Assembly: GCA_963663765.2 (NCBI GenBank)
Contig: CAXXUA010000002.1
Coordinates: 160,001 to 224,000, forward strand
Direction: 5' to 3'
Source of the DNA: Candidatus Poribacteria bacterium
Lineage (GTDB): Bacteria > Poribacteria > WGA-4E > WGA-3G
DNA: 64,000 nucleotides
Shown piece by piece: positions 20,309-29,523 of this stretch. A program made the translations under genes and the position numbers. Under the pieces are notes generated by a model. It was given only the letters and a program-made list of their open reading frames with translations. It searched no databases and had not been told where the DNA came from. Position 1 is the stretch's first letter. The number at the start of each line of letters is the position of its first letter.

Positions 20309-20501
20309 CAGGACTTACGCACCTAACGGTAGGCGGGGAATGCCAAAACGGCATTCATACCGTTGATTTGGCGCTTTGTAAGCGGGGAATGCCAAAAGGC
20401 ATTCATACCGTTGATTTGGCGCTGGAAACACAAATAATGTTGAAAATTACATCATTTTCATCACAATTCTTGATTAAATCATGAAAACTGCGTAAGTCCT
20501 G
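20309..20501 (+). mobile_element. MITE, CAGGAC family, with two independent hairpin inserts
   Basis: Perfect TIRs, TSD AGTTA, inserts at 20335-20370 and 20384-20418. Confidence 0.92.
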
Positions 20502-20536
20502 AGTTATTGTTATCATATGGGTGTGAAGGAGTTATT

Positions 20537-21133
20537 ATGCAATTCAATTCAAGTAATAAACATTGTACACCATTATTACTACTTTTAATTTATATTGCAT
20601 CATTAAGTGGTTGTGATCAGTATGATAATTTGAAGAACAACCCACCCAAAATCAACAGTCTTGATGTTCCTGAAAAGGTTCAATATGGTGAAACAGTTGA
20701 ATTCAAAGTTTCTACTTTTGATGCTGAAGAGGATACCTTAACCTATTTGTGGTACGTTTCGGATGGATCATTAGTTGATGATACCAATCCTATCGTAAAA
20801 TGGATAGCTCCTGAATTACCAGATAAGGAAGTCGTACCATCAGTTACAGTTACAGTGTACATCAATGTTCGAGACGAAGGTGAAGATGATATTTCCCAAT
20901 CTGCTTCAATATCAGTTTATTCAAAAGTTTATGAAGTAGCAAACACACTCAGTGGAGAATATGAACTTCTAAGAACCCAAGTTGACGAGGCCACATTAGA
21001 TCCTTCAAGCGGAACTATGCGTTTGACCATTTCTACGTTTACAAGTGAATTTGATACAGGAGACCAATTCTACTCAGGCGCTTATGAACTGGTAGAACCC
21101 TTTGATGAAAATATCAGAACAAAACAATGGTGA
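20537..21133 (+). CDS. Lipoprotein with Ig/PKD-like domain, possibly truncated
   Basis: AAGGAG RBS before the ATG at 20537, lipobox LSGC, NNPPKINSL...LTYLW segment. Confidence 0.7.
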   Translation: MQFNSSNKHCTPLLLLLIYIASLSGCDQYDNLKNNPPKINSLDVPEKVQYGETVEFKVSTFDAEEDTLTYLWYVSDGSLVDDTNPIVKWIAPELPDKEVVPSVTVTVYINVRDEGEDDISQSASISVYSKVYEVANTLSGEYELLRTQVDEATLDPSSGTMRLTISTFTSEFDTGDQFYSGAYELVEPFDENIRTKQW

Positions 21134-21491
21134 AAGAATCATTGTTCCTGACAATACAACAATTTCTGATGAAGCTATTAAATTGATTGAAGAAAAAGCA
21201 ATAACAGATGCAAAAAATGATGCAAAAAAACATATTAATAAAACTATTTGGTTTTCTGTTGGGTGCTTTCTACCAGTGGTTGGACCCATATATTCTCAAA
21301 GAAAAATCAAAACTATACCACTCGCGAGGACCCTTGGAAAATCACCTGAATATATCGCATTCTACACAGATAACTATCGTCTTGAAATAAAAAAACAACG
21401 ATTCACTTGGGGGTTAAGTGGGTGTATTGTTGGGGGACTCACAGACGCATGTTTGATCGGCATTCTTATTAATAGATATGTAATTCATTGA
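21102..21491 (+). CDS. Hypothetical membrane protein, possibly a C-terminal fragment
   Basis: Two hydrophobic segments, weak start, overlaps the previous ORF. Confidence 0.55.
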   Translation: MMKISEQNNGERIIVPDNTTISDEAIKLIEEKAITDAKNDAKKHINKTIWFSVGCFLPVVGPIYSQRKIKTIPLARTLGKSPEYIAFYTDNYRLEIKKQRFTWGLSGCIVGGLTDACLIGILINRYVIH

Positions 21492-21520
21492 TTCAGAATT
21501 CATTAGTAAAGGCAAAAAGC

Positions 21521-21854
21521 CAGGGTTATTCAGTCTTCAATATTTTTGATAGTATTTTGCTATGTCGTTAATATTATGTAATACCATCTTATCCATGTCT
21601 TTAGTTCCGTAGGAACGACATAGAAGAATAAACATATCGTCCCTACCGAATCAACGCCAAATGCGCCAAATCAAGAAATCAACGGTATGAATGCCTTTTG
21701 GCATTCCCCGTGTGGCATTTGGCGGGACTAAAGAGCGATATTCATGTTTCAATAATGTAGAATTGATGCGTAAAGTTCGGTTAGGAAACCGAACCTGGAT
21801 ATTAACTTTCAGTAAATCTCAAGAACAGAAAACTCTTAAAACTGAATATCCCTG
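21521..21854 (+). mobile_element. MITE, CAGG-TIR family
   Basis: Ends CAGGGTTATTCAGT / ACTGAATATCCCTG, flanks GCAAAAAGC/GCAAAAGGC, colinear with 39918-40768. Confidence 0.85.
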
Positions 21855-21882
21855 GCAAAAGGCGGATAAGTGTAGTTTTAAT

Positions 21883-22611
21883 ATGTATCATATTTTTTCA
21901 ATTAACTCCATAGTAGTCTTTAAAACTGCATTTACCTTATTACTGTTATTGTCTTCTGTTCTACCTGCTTTTAGTCAATTTGCGGATTTACCGAATGATG
22001 CCAAGACAGTGGATTTTGGGTTTTCTGGCGATAGAAAATCGCAAACACTCTCATTGACTGGAGTGCTCCCTTTCAAGAATATAAACGGATGGGGTGGAAT
22101 TTTTGGATCGCGAGCAACGGGTGAAAACACTGTCCTTTCAGAAACCATAAAGATACATATACAAGGCGGCATGCGCGTCAGTAAAATCGGTATTGAAGCT
22201 TTTACTGATTTAGAACGCAACATTAGCAAAGGCAGCGCATTAACTTCACAAATCGGGAGTTATATTAGACCGGGCATATATCAAAATGGAACTCTCCGTA
22301 TATCAGGAGGAGTTGGATACTTCATTGAGAATATTCAACCTCATAAAGATCTAACATTACGCAAATTTGATCCTACTTCATTTAGATGGTTAACGTTTTC
22401 ATCTATCGGCTGGAAGAAACTAAATACAATACTGAAATTCACACCAGAAGTTGGTTTCAAAAACTACCGATTTTCAGCAGAACCCGCACTTACTATCGGT
22501 ATTACTACCAGATTGGGATTGCGGTTAAGCGGGTCATTCACATACAATAGCGCACCATTAACCGAAAATTTACAATATAAATATCTCTCAATATTACGTA
22601 TCACACTTTGA
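21883..22611 (+). CDS. Predicted outer-membrane beta-barrel protein (DUF481-like)
   Basis: Signal peptide after the ATG at 21883 and alternating amphipathic strands. The upstream ORF extension lies inside a MITE. Confidence 0.6.
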   Translation: MYHIFSINSIVVFKTAFTLLLLLSSVLPAFSQFADLPNDAKTVDFGFSGDRKSQTLSLTGVLPFKNINGWGGIFGSRATGENTVLSETIKIHIQGGMRVSKIGIEAFTDLERNISKGSALTSQIGSYIRPGIYQNGTLRISGGVGYFIENIQPHKDLTLRKFDPTSFRWLTFSSIGWKKLNTILKFTPEVGFKNYRFSAEPALTIGITTRLGLRLSGSFTYNSAPLTENLQYKYLSILRITL

Positions 22612-22742
22612 ATATTTGGATTAGAATATTATACACAATTATTTTAAAACGACATTCTACCTGTTATCAATTCTATTAAGTGAGAAATAATCAGACATGG
22701 ATGTTTTACTGAACAATCTCACATAACAGAAGGAATTATACA

Positions 22743-25028
22743 ATGCTTTTTAACTTTGGACAACAAAACAGATCAAGAAACAGGGACAGTAATACTGTTC
22801 AACAACATGGGCACGGTTTTGGAACTGCACCTGTATTTCTTGCATCTATAAGTACTATCCTTGGAGCAATTCTCTTCTTACGTTTCGGATATGCTGTCGG
22901 TCATGTAGGACTATTCAATAGTATCGCCATCATTTTAATCGGACATCTCGTAACAATACCAACAGTTTTGGCTGTTTCAGAGGTCGCTACAAACCGTCGT
23001 GTGGCAGGTGGAGGAGCATATTATATCGTTAGTCGTTCCTTCGGAACCAGCATCGGTGGAACAATCGGAATCGCACTGTATATTTCTCAAGCAATATCTA
23101 TAGCATTCTATATGGTAGCATTCGCTCAAGCATTTGGTCCGGTATTTGAATGGATAGTAATCAACTATGATAGAATTGAAGGTCCCATCGATCTCCGATG
23201 GTTAAGTCTACCAGGCACTATTATACTTATTCTAATGATGTTAACCAAAGGCGCAGATATGGGGGTCTCATTGCTGTGGTTAATCTGTGGCTTACTTACA
23301 GTGTCACTGGTGACTTTTTTTATGGGTAAACCACTTGCTAATATTGATCCTGACAGTTTGCGAATTACACAAGGCATAGTAGGAGGTGATTCTTTCGGTA
23401 AAGTCTTTGCAATATGTTTTCCAGCATTTACCGGTATGATTGCCGGTTTAGGTCTATCTGGTGACTTGAGGAATCCTCAACGCAGTATACCTCTTGGCAC
23501 CATTGGGGCAACTCTTGCTGGACTGGTGATATACCTACTTGTTGCTGTTAAACTGTTTCAAAGTGCACCACCTGAACAACTCGCAAATGTGGATGAAATC
23601 ATTATGGCAAAGATCTCAATATGGCCAGCAGCAATTTATATCGGATTGGCGGCAGCTTCGTTTTCATCGGCACTCGGTTCAATCATGGTAGCACCGAGAA
23701 CACTTCAAGCTCTTGCAAAGGACAATGTTTTGCCAATACCTGCTTTAAACCGACTCATGCAAACTGGAGTTGGAAAAAGCAAGGAACCTATTCCCGCAAC
23801 ATTCGTATCCGGTATCATTGCAATCGTTTTTGTAGCAATTGGTGAACTTAACTATATTGCTCAGATTCTTACCATGTTCTTCTTAGTAACTTATGGAGCA
23901 CTCTGTATTGTCTCTTTTCTTGAACATTTTGCAGGAAATCCTTCTTACCGACCAACCTTCCATTCTCGCTGGTACGTATCACTGTTAGGTACAGTGATGT
24001 GCGGATTGATGATGATACAGATACACCTATTTTTCGCTATCGTATCCATCGTACTAATGATAGCAGTATATATCGGACTCCGTAGGGGTAGTAGCGAACA
24101 ACGTGGTATGTCAGCAATATTTCAAGGCGCTATGTTCCAATTGACAAGATGGCTACAAACAACATTGCAGAAAAACAGAGTTAATCTATCGGAAAGTGGT
24201 TGGCGTCCTTCAATCGTTGCAATTACACAATTTGGTGAACGACGACTCGGACATTTCGATTTGCTACGGTGGTTATGCCATAGACACGGATTTGGACACT
24301 TCATTCAGTTTTTTCCAGGAGATTACTCCTTCCCTGAAGAAATATCCGCGCGAATTCATGTCGACGCACTCATCCAACAAACTGAAGCAAGTAAAGCTGG
24401 TATATTTGTAGATTCACTTATATGTCCTTCCTTCCAACTTGCTTTAGCACACGTCCTCCAAATGCCAGGTATCTCTGGTTTACCCAACAACTCCATCCTG
24501 CTGGAATTTGACAAAAACCACCCTGAAGAAATTGGTGAGGTAAAACAAGGTTCATTGCTTGCTGTGGAATCTTTGTTTAATGTTCTGATATTACGTTCAA
24601 CAAAATACCGTTTTGGATACCGTTCATCAATTCATGTTTGGGTAAATGATGCTAATATTAGCAACGTACCCATGATGTTGTTACTCGCATATATTTTAGT
24701 TGGGCACCCAGAATGGAAACGGGCAAAAATTCGTCTGTTTGCTTGTTCAGATTCTTGGGAAACCGAACTTGATGCTGATGAACTCGCAACAGTCATAAAA
24801 GAAGGTAGACTCCCAATCTCAATGCAAAATGTCACATCGGTTTCCTACGACAACTATGAAACATTAGAAGCAGAAGTTACACAGAGATCCGCACAAGCGG
24901 ATTTGGTTATCGTTGGGTTAACCTTAGAAGATATCACATCAGGGAACTTAGAACAAGAACTACAACGATACCAAGGTGTAAACGATGTCCTATTTGTCCA
25001 CTCAATTGAAAAAATCGCAATTGACTAA
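22743..25028 (+). CDS. Prokaryotic cation-chloride cotransporter (SLC12-like)
   Basis: LGAILFLRFG, GGGAYYIVSRSFG and FPAFTG...SGDLRNPQRSIPLGT motifs, plus a large C-terminal domain (WRPS). Confidence 0.88.
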   Translation: MLFNFGQQNRSRNRDSNTVQQHGHGFGTAPVFLASISTILGAILFLRFGYAVGHVGLFNSIAIILIGHLVTIPTVLAVSEVATNRRVAGGGAYYIVSRSFGTSIGGTIGIALYISQAISIAFYMVAFAQAFGPVFEWIVINYDRIEGPIDLRWLSLPGTIILILMMLTKGADMGVSLLWLICGLLTVSLVTFFMGKPLANIDPDSLRITQGIVGGDSFGKVFAICFPAFTGMIAGLGLSGDLRNPQRSIPLGTIGATLAGLVIYLLVAVKLFQSAPPEQLANVDEIIMAKISIWPAAIYIGLAAASFSSALGSIMVAPRTLQALAKDNVLPIPALNRLMQTGVGKSKEPIPATFVSGIIAIVFVAIGELNYIAQILTMFFLVTYGALCIVSFLEHFAGNPSYRPTFHSRWYVSLLGTVMCGLMMIQIHLFFAIVSIVLMIAVYIGLRRGSSEQRGMSAIFQGAMFQLTRWLQTTLQKNRVNLSESGWRPSIVAITQFGERRLGHFDLLRWLCHRHGFGHFIQFFPGDYSFPEEISARIHVDALIQQTEASKAGIFVDSLICPSFQLALAHVLQMPGISGLPNNSILLEFDKNHPEEIGEVKQGSLLAVESLFNVLILRSTKYRFGYRSSIHVWVNDANISNVPMMLLLAYILVGHPEWKRAKIRLFACSDSWETELDADELATVIKEGRLPISMQNVTSVSYDNYETLEAEVTQRSAQADLVIVGLTLEDITSGNLEQELQRYQGVNDVLFVHSIEKIAID

Positions 25029-25069
25029 AGACAAATAGTGTCCTGATGAACATTATGGGATAGTAATTC

Positions 25070-26272
25070 ATGGGAGATTTACTCCAACAATTTGATAAGT
25101 TCCTAAAGAAACCCGCCATTCGGTTGGAACAAGATGTAAGTTTTGGAAATTTGTTTCTTCTAATCGGGGTTCTGGTACTAACTTTTATTATTGCAATATT
25201 CTTACGTCGATGGTTCCGAAGGTTATTTGTTAGATTGAAAATTCAAGGTAACCTTCAAAACCGATTACTTGCTATTCTGTTCCTTATCATAATGATAGTG
25301 GGTATAGGGGTAGCTTTCAACGTATCAAAAATAAGTTCTGAACTAATTGACACAGTTTTTAACTACCCTCTTGCCGATCTATTTCAAACCAGCAAAGATA
25401 CTGTGGAATCCGATGCAGGTGATGAAACATCTATAACTGATGATGAAGAAGTCAGAAGACTTACAATAGCAAGACTATTTTACGGTTTTGTTATCGTCTT
25501 TGGCATGTTTATTCTCTCAAAATATGTCCAAGTTGTTATCAGAACACAAGTATTGCAGTCATTTCAAATTGAGAAACACAACCAATTCATAATACTTCGT
25601 TTATTTCACTTTTGTCTTATTACGATTGGGGTTTTAATCAGTCTTAGCACACTTGGGATTGGTCTAACAAACATAGCGTTGATATTCGGTGGGTTGAGTA
25701 TCGGCATTGGTTTTGGTTTACAGAACACTGTTGCGAATTTGATTTCAGGTTTGATATTGATTTTTGAACGCCCTATCAAAATTGGTGATTTAGTGGAAAT
25801 TATGGATGTCAACATATTTGGTAGGGTGAGTAGTATCAACCTACGTTCAACAGTAATTATGGCAGTTGATGAAAAGGAAGTCATTGTTCCCAATTCACAA
25901 TTGATTACAGAACCGGTTCATAACCTAACACATTATAATAATAGGTTTCGGGTTCACATACAGGTAAGTGTTTCGTTTAACTCAGATGTAGAACTCGTAA
26001 AAAATGCACTAATTGAGGTCGCGTATGCACACCCTGAGGTGATTAAAGAACCGACACCTGAAATGGAAAACGTTACTGCCCCATTTGTACGATTTATAAA
26101 CTTCGGAGAATCGTCTTTAGACTTTGAATTGTTTGCTTGGATTCCTGATTCTTTCTTAAGATTTGATGTTGCGAGTGATCTTCATTTTATGGTTTGGGAA
26201 AAATTTAAGGAACACGACATCAAAATCCCATTCCCACAACGCGACGTACATTTCTTCCCAACAGAAAACTAA
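25070..26272 (+). CDS. MscS-family mechanosensitive channel
   Basis: GIGFGLQN...SGLILIFERPIKIGD, FGESSL and IPFPQRDV motifs. Confidence 0.93.
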   Translation: MGDLLQQFDKFLKKPAIRLEQDVSFGNLFLLIGVLVLTFIIAIFLRRWFRRLFVRLKIQGNLQNRLLAILFLIIMIVGIGVAFNVSKISSELIDTVFNYPLADLFQTSKDTVESDAGDETSITDDEEVRRLTIARLFYGFVIVFGMFILSKYVQVVIRTQVLQSFQIEKHNQFIILRLFHFCLITIGVLISLSTLGIGLTNIALIFGGLSIGIGFGLQNTVANLISGLILIFERPIKIGDLVEIMDVNIFGRVSSINLRSTVIMAVDEKEVIVPNSQLITEPVHNLTHYNNRFRVHIQVSVSFNSDVELVKNALIEVAYAHPEVIKEPTPEMENVTAPFVRFINFGESSLDFELFAWIPDSFLRFDVASDLHFMVWEKFKEHDIKIPFPQRDVHFFPTEN

Positions 26273-26315
26273 CAGCAAACGGGTTCCCAGTCTTCTCGGT
26301 TTCATTCCTTACATT

Positions 26316-26978
26316 CTATTGCTCAATATCTGTGTGTCGTATTACCTCACCTTTGACAAGGTAATACACCTCTTCTCCGATATTTGCTGCAAGGTCTCCT
26401 ACACGTTCCAAATGCCTAAATAGTATCAGAAGACTAAAACCCGGTTGTATAAGTTCTGGTTGCTCTGTCAAAACTGAATAAAGTTGATCTACCATCTGTT
26501 GATAAGTTTCATTAACTTTGATGTCACGTTCCCTGAGTTCTCTTGCAAGATCTTCATTTCTATTAACCAACGCATCAAGCGCATCATTCACCATTTCTTG
26601 TACTAACTGCGTTGCAGATGGAAGATCAACTATCGGCGGCATTGGAGGATATGAAATCAGTTCAATACTACGTCTCGCAATTGAAACGCATTTATCTGCT
26701 AATCTTTCAATACTTCTGTTTACCTTTTGTGCCATCACCAGATAACGCAATTCAAAAGCAACAGGTTGGTGTCGAGCAATGAGTTGGATACATCTTGCCT
26801 CAATATCATTTTCAAGTTTGTCTACAGTATCGTCAATAGCAATCACACGTTGGGCAAGTTCCACGTCGCGATTAAGAACCGATTGAACTGCATCACGGAA
26901 CATGGTTTCTGCTATCCCACCCATCTTTAATAGTTGGTGTTGAAGTGCTTTGAGCTCTGTTTCAAGATAATGTTGCAT
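26316..26978 (-). CDS. phoU: Phosphate signalling protein PhoU
   Basis: HQPVAFELR, ERLAD and ERVGD motifs; last gene of the pst cluster. Confidence 0.93.
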   Translation of the reverse strand: MQHYLETELKALQHQLLKMGGIAETMFRDAVQSVLNRDVELAQRVIAIDDTVDKLENDIEARCIQLIARHQPVAFELRYLVMAQKVNRSIERLADKCVSIARRSIELISYPPMPPIVDLPSATQLVQEMVNDALDALVNRNEDLARELRERDIKVNETYQQMVDQLYSVLTEQPELIQPGFSLLILFRHLERVGDLAANIGEEVYYLVKGEVIRHTDIEQ

Positions 26979-27002
26979 CGTTCTTACACGGAAATCCTTT
27001 GT

Positions 27003-27773
27003 TTATCCTAATCTTCCAGTCACGTAGTCCTCAGTTCGTTTGTCTTCTGGGTTAGTAAAAATCTGTTCAGTCTGTCCAAATTCAACCAATTCACCACAAT
27101 ATAGGAAACCAGCCACATCAGAGACACGAGCTGCTTGACGTCTCTTGTTGGTAACAAAGATAATGGTATAATGCCTTTTTAGTGTCTGAACTATTGCTTC
27201 CAATTTAGGAGTTTCTGTAGCATCTAATTGATCGCAAGGTTCGTCAAATATCAGGACCTCTGGATTTGCTGCTAAAGCACGAGCAACACAAAGTCTTTGT
27301 TTTTGACCATTTGACAGAACATCAGGTGAAGATTTTAAATCGTCACATACTTCAGACCAAAGTTGTGCTTTTTTTAGACTCTCTTCAACCAAAGAATATT
27401 GCTCAACCGAAGGTCTAATTCCCCTTAGACGCGCACTATACGCAACGTTGTCATAGATTGACTTCCTAAACAGTATTGGATGATCAAAAACCATTCCGAT
27501 CTGTTTTGCTATATCTGAAGCTTTAGTTTTAGGTGAATATATATCTTTTCCATTGAATATAATCTCACCAGTTAATTTGAAGCTTGATGTAAAATCATTT
27601 AATCGGTTAAAACTTCGCACCAATGCAGTCTTACCACTATTTGAAGGACCAATAAATGCAGTAACTTGCTTTGGTAGGATATCAAAGGTCAGGTCCTTTA
27701 ATATGTGATTCTTTCCATACCAAACATTTAAATTGTTTATTTGTAAGGTAGGAACTTTATTTACCTTCATCAT
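27003..27773 (-). CDS. pstB: Phosphate ABC ATPase, third copy (degenerate)
   Basis: PstB-like C-terminus (TEDYVTGRLG); GPSNSGKTA, LSNGQ, H-loop VTN. Confidence 0.8.
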   Translation of the reverse strand: MMKVNKVPTLQINNLNVWYGKNHILKDLTFDILPKQVTAFIGPSNSGKTALVRSFNRLNDFTSSFKLTGEIIFNGKDIYSPKTKASDIAKQIGMVFDHPILFRKSIYDNVAYSARLRGIRPSVEQYSLVEESLKKAQLWSEVCDDLKSSPDVLSNGQKQRLCVARALAANPEVLIFDEPCDQLDATETPKLEAIVQTLKRHYTIIFVTNKRRQAARVSDVAGFLYCGELVEFGQTEQIFTNPEDKRTEDYVTGRLG

Positions 27774-27824
27774 ATTTCGTTCAACCCAAGTATTACTATA
27801 AGTTTTTAAATGGTGTATAAACCA

Positions 27825-28553
27825 CTAACTATTGCTATTTTTTTGAAGAATACTTGAAAGAATGCATGACAATAGTGCTAAAGATATTAAAACGAAAACG
27901 TTGCTTGAAATCTCAAATGAACTCACATTTTGTATAATTGAAGTTCTTATTTCGCAAACAATGACGAGTAAAGCTGCGATTGCAAGTACACGTGATAATG
28001 CAGTGAAGATACCCCCAATAATCTTAGAAAATGCACGCGGGAATACATGGTCAGCAATCACCTGTAATCTGTCTGCACCCAACGCATACGCCGCTTCTCT
28101 AACTGATAATTCTACGCCTTGAATTGCATTTTGTGTTGTCTGAATTGTAACCGGTACAACAAGAAAAACGATTCCTAAAACAAATGTGAAATCTGCGAAT
28201 AATTTAACCTGAAATAAAAATATTAAAACCACTAATATCGCGTATATTACAGAAGGTATGTTTGCTAAAATTGAGATCTGTTGATTGATAACACGATAAT
28301 ACCAAGTAGTATCTGATAACCATTCTTCTATGTAAAATGCAAAAGCAATACTCAACAACAATGCTACACATAAAAACGGAATCATTCTGTAGAGACGACC
28401 AATCAAATCAGATTCAGAATCCATGTCCATCGGTGCAGATAGTATTTCACTATCAACATCAAACACTTCCGTTGTCACAACCCATACAAAAACGCATGCA
28501 ATTATCAATGTTGCTAACGCTATGATTTGAATAAACAGTTCAGACCTGTTCAT
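27825..28553 (-). CDS. Divergent PstA/PstC-like permease
   Basis: ILANIPSVIY and the EAA loop REAAYALGA; shorter than canonical. Confidence 0.75.
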   Translation of the reverse strand: MNRSELFIQIIALATLIIACVFVWVVTTEVFDVDSEILSAPMDMDSESDLIGRLYRMIPFLCVALLLSIAFAFYIEEWLSDTTWYYRVINQQISILANIPSVIYAILVVLIFLFQVKLFADFTFVLGIVFLVVPVTIQTTQNAIQGVELSVREAAYALGADRLQVIADHVFPRAFSKIIGGIFTALSRVLAIAALLVIVCEIRTSIIQNVSSFEISSNVFVLISLALLSCILSSILQKNSNS

Positions 28554-28650
28554 GGTTTTAGCATTGCTTTATGAGAAATGCCTATCTCCCGACAGGCTTT
28601 CTTAGGCAGCCTAAAGATTTTAACCCATAGAAGCACTCTATTGTTAGTAT

Positions 28651-29424
28651 CTATCCGTAACGCATCTGCACATAATCTGCTGTTTTTGGATGTTCAGGAG
28701 TCTCAAATAGGGCTTGTGTCTCTCTATGTTCTATCAGTTCACCAAGAAACATGTATATACACTCAGTGCTTACGCGGCGCGCTTGTGCCATATTATGGGT
28801 TACGATTAAGAAAGTGTATTTTCCAGCAAGTATTCCCATCAGTTCTTCAACTGCCAGAGTGCCTTTAGCATCAAGTGCAGAACACGGTTCATCCATCAAT
28901 ATGATCTGTGGTTTCAGTGGTAGCAAACGTGCAATACATAGTTTCTGTTGCTGTTCCAACTGTAATGATGTCGCACGTGTTTTTAACTTATCTTTTAGAT
29001 CTTCCCAAAGAAAAACGGAGGTGAGCGCTTCTTCAACGATCTCATCAGATTGGCTTCGCGTTAATCTTCCAAAAGGTGAGTGTATCCGGAGACCAAATAG
29101 GATGTTTTCGTAGACTGAAATTGGTAACGGATTTGGACGTTGAAATACCATACCCACGCTTTTTCGTAATTCCAACAATGAAACATCTGGATCATAGATA
29201 TTTTTACCTAATATCTTTATCTCACCTTCTGTTGTGACGTTTCCATAACGTTCATTCACACGGTTAAAACAACGTAGGAGTGTCGTTTTCCCGCATCCAG
29301 AAGGTCCTATGAGTGCCGTGATTTTTCCCTCAGGTATATTTACACTCACATCCATGAGTGCTTGAAAATCACCATACCAAAGACTGAGATTCTTTGTTTC
29401 AATGCTGTGGTTGTTCGTTTCCAA
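28651..29424 (-). CDS. pstB: Phosphate ABC ATPase, second copy
   Basis: GPSGCGKT, MDEP, VTHN; signature motif is LQLEQ. Confidence 0.88.
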   Translation of the reverse strand: METNNHSIETKNLSLWYGDFQALMDVSVNIPEGKITALIGPSGCGKTTLLRCFNRVNERYGNVTTEGEIKILGKNIYDPDVSLLELRKSVGMVFQRPNPLPISVYENILFGLRIHSPFGRLTRSQSDEIVEEALTSVFLWEDLKDKLKTRATSLQLEQQQKLCIARLLPLKPQIILMDEPCSALDAKGTLAVEELMGILAGKYTFLIVTHNMAQARRVSTECIYMFLGELIEHRETQALFETPEHPKTADYVQMRYG

Positions 29425-29523
29425 GTAATGTACTCCTCTTTCACTATCTCTTACCGTTCTGTGGTGTGTCTATTTATTTCTTAGTGACATCAGTAAATAT
29501 GTTACCAATGTCTATTTTGTATG

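Noticed and set aside
19694-20484. Short ORFs overlapping MITEs (also 8474-8695, 13667-13885, 16940-17254, 37264-37491)
   Set aside because: Their shared peptide motifs simply reflect translation of the repeats.
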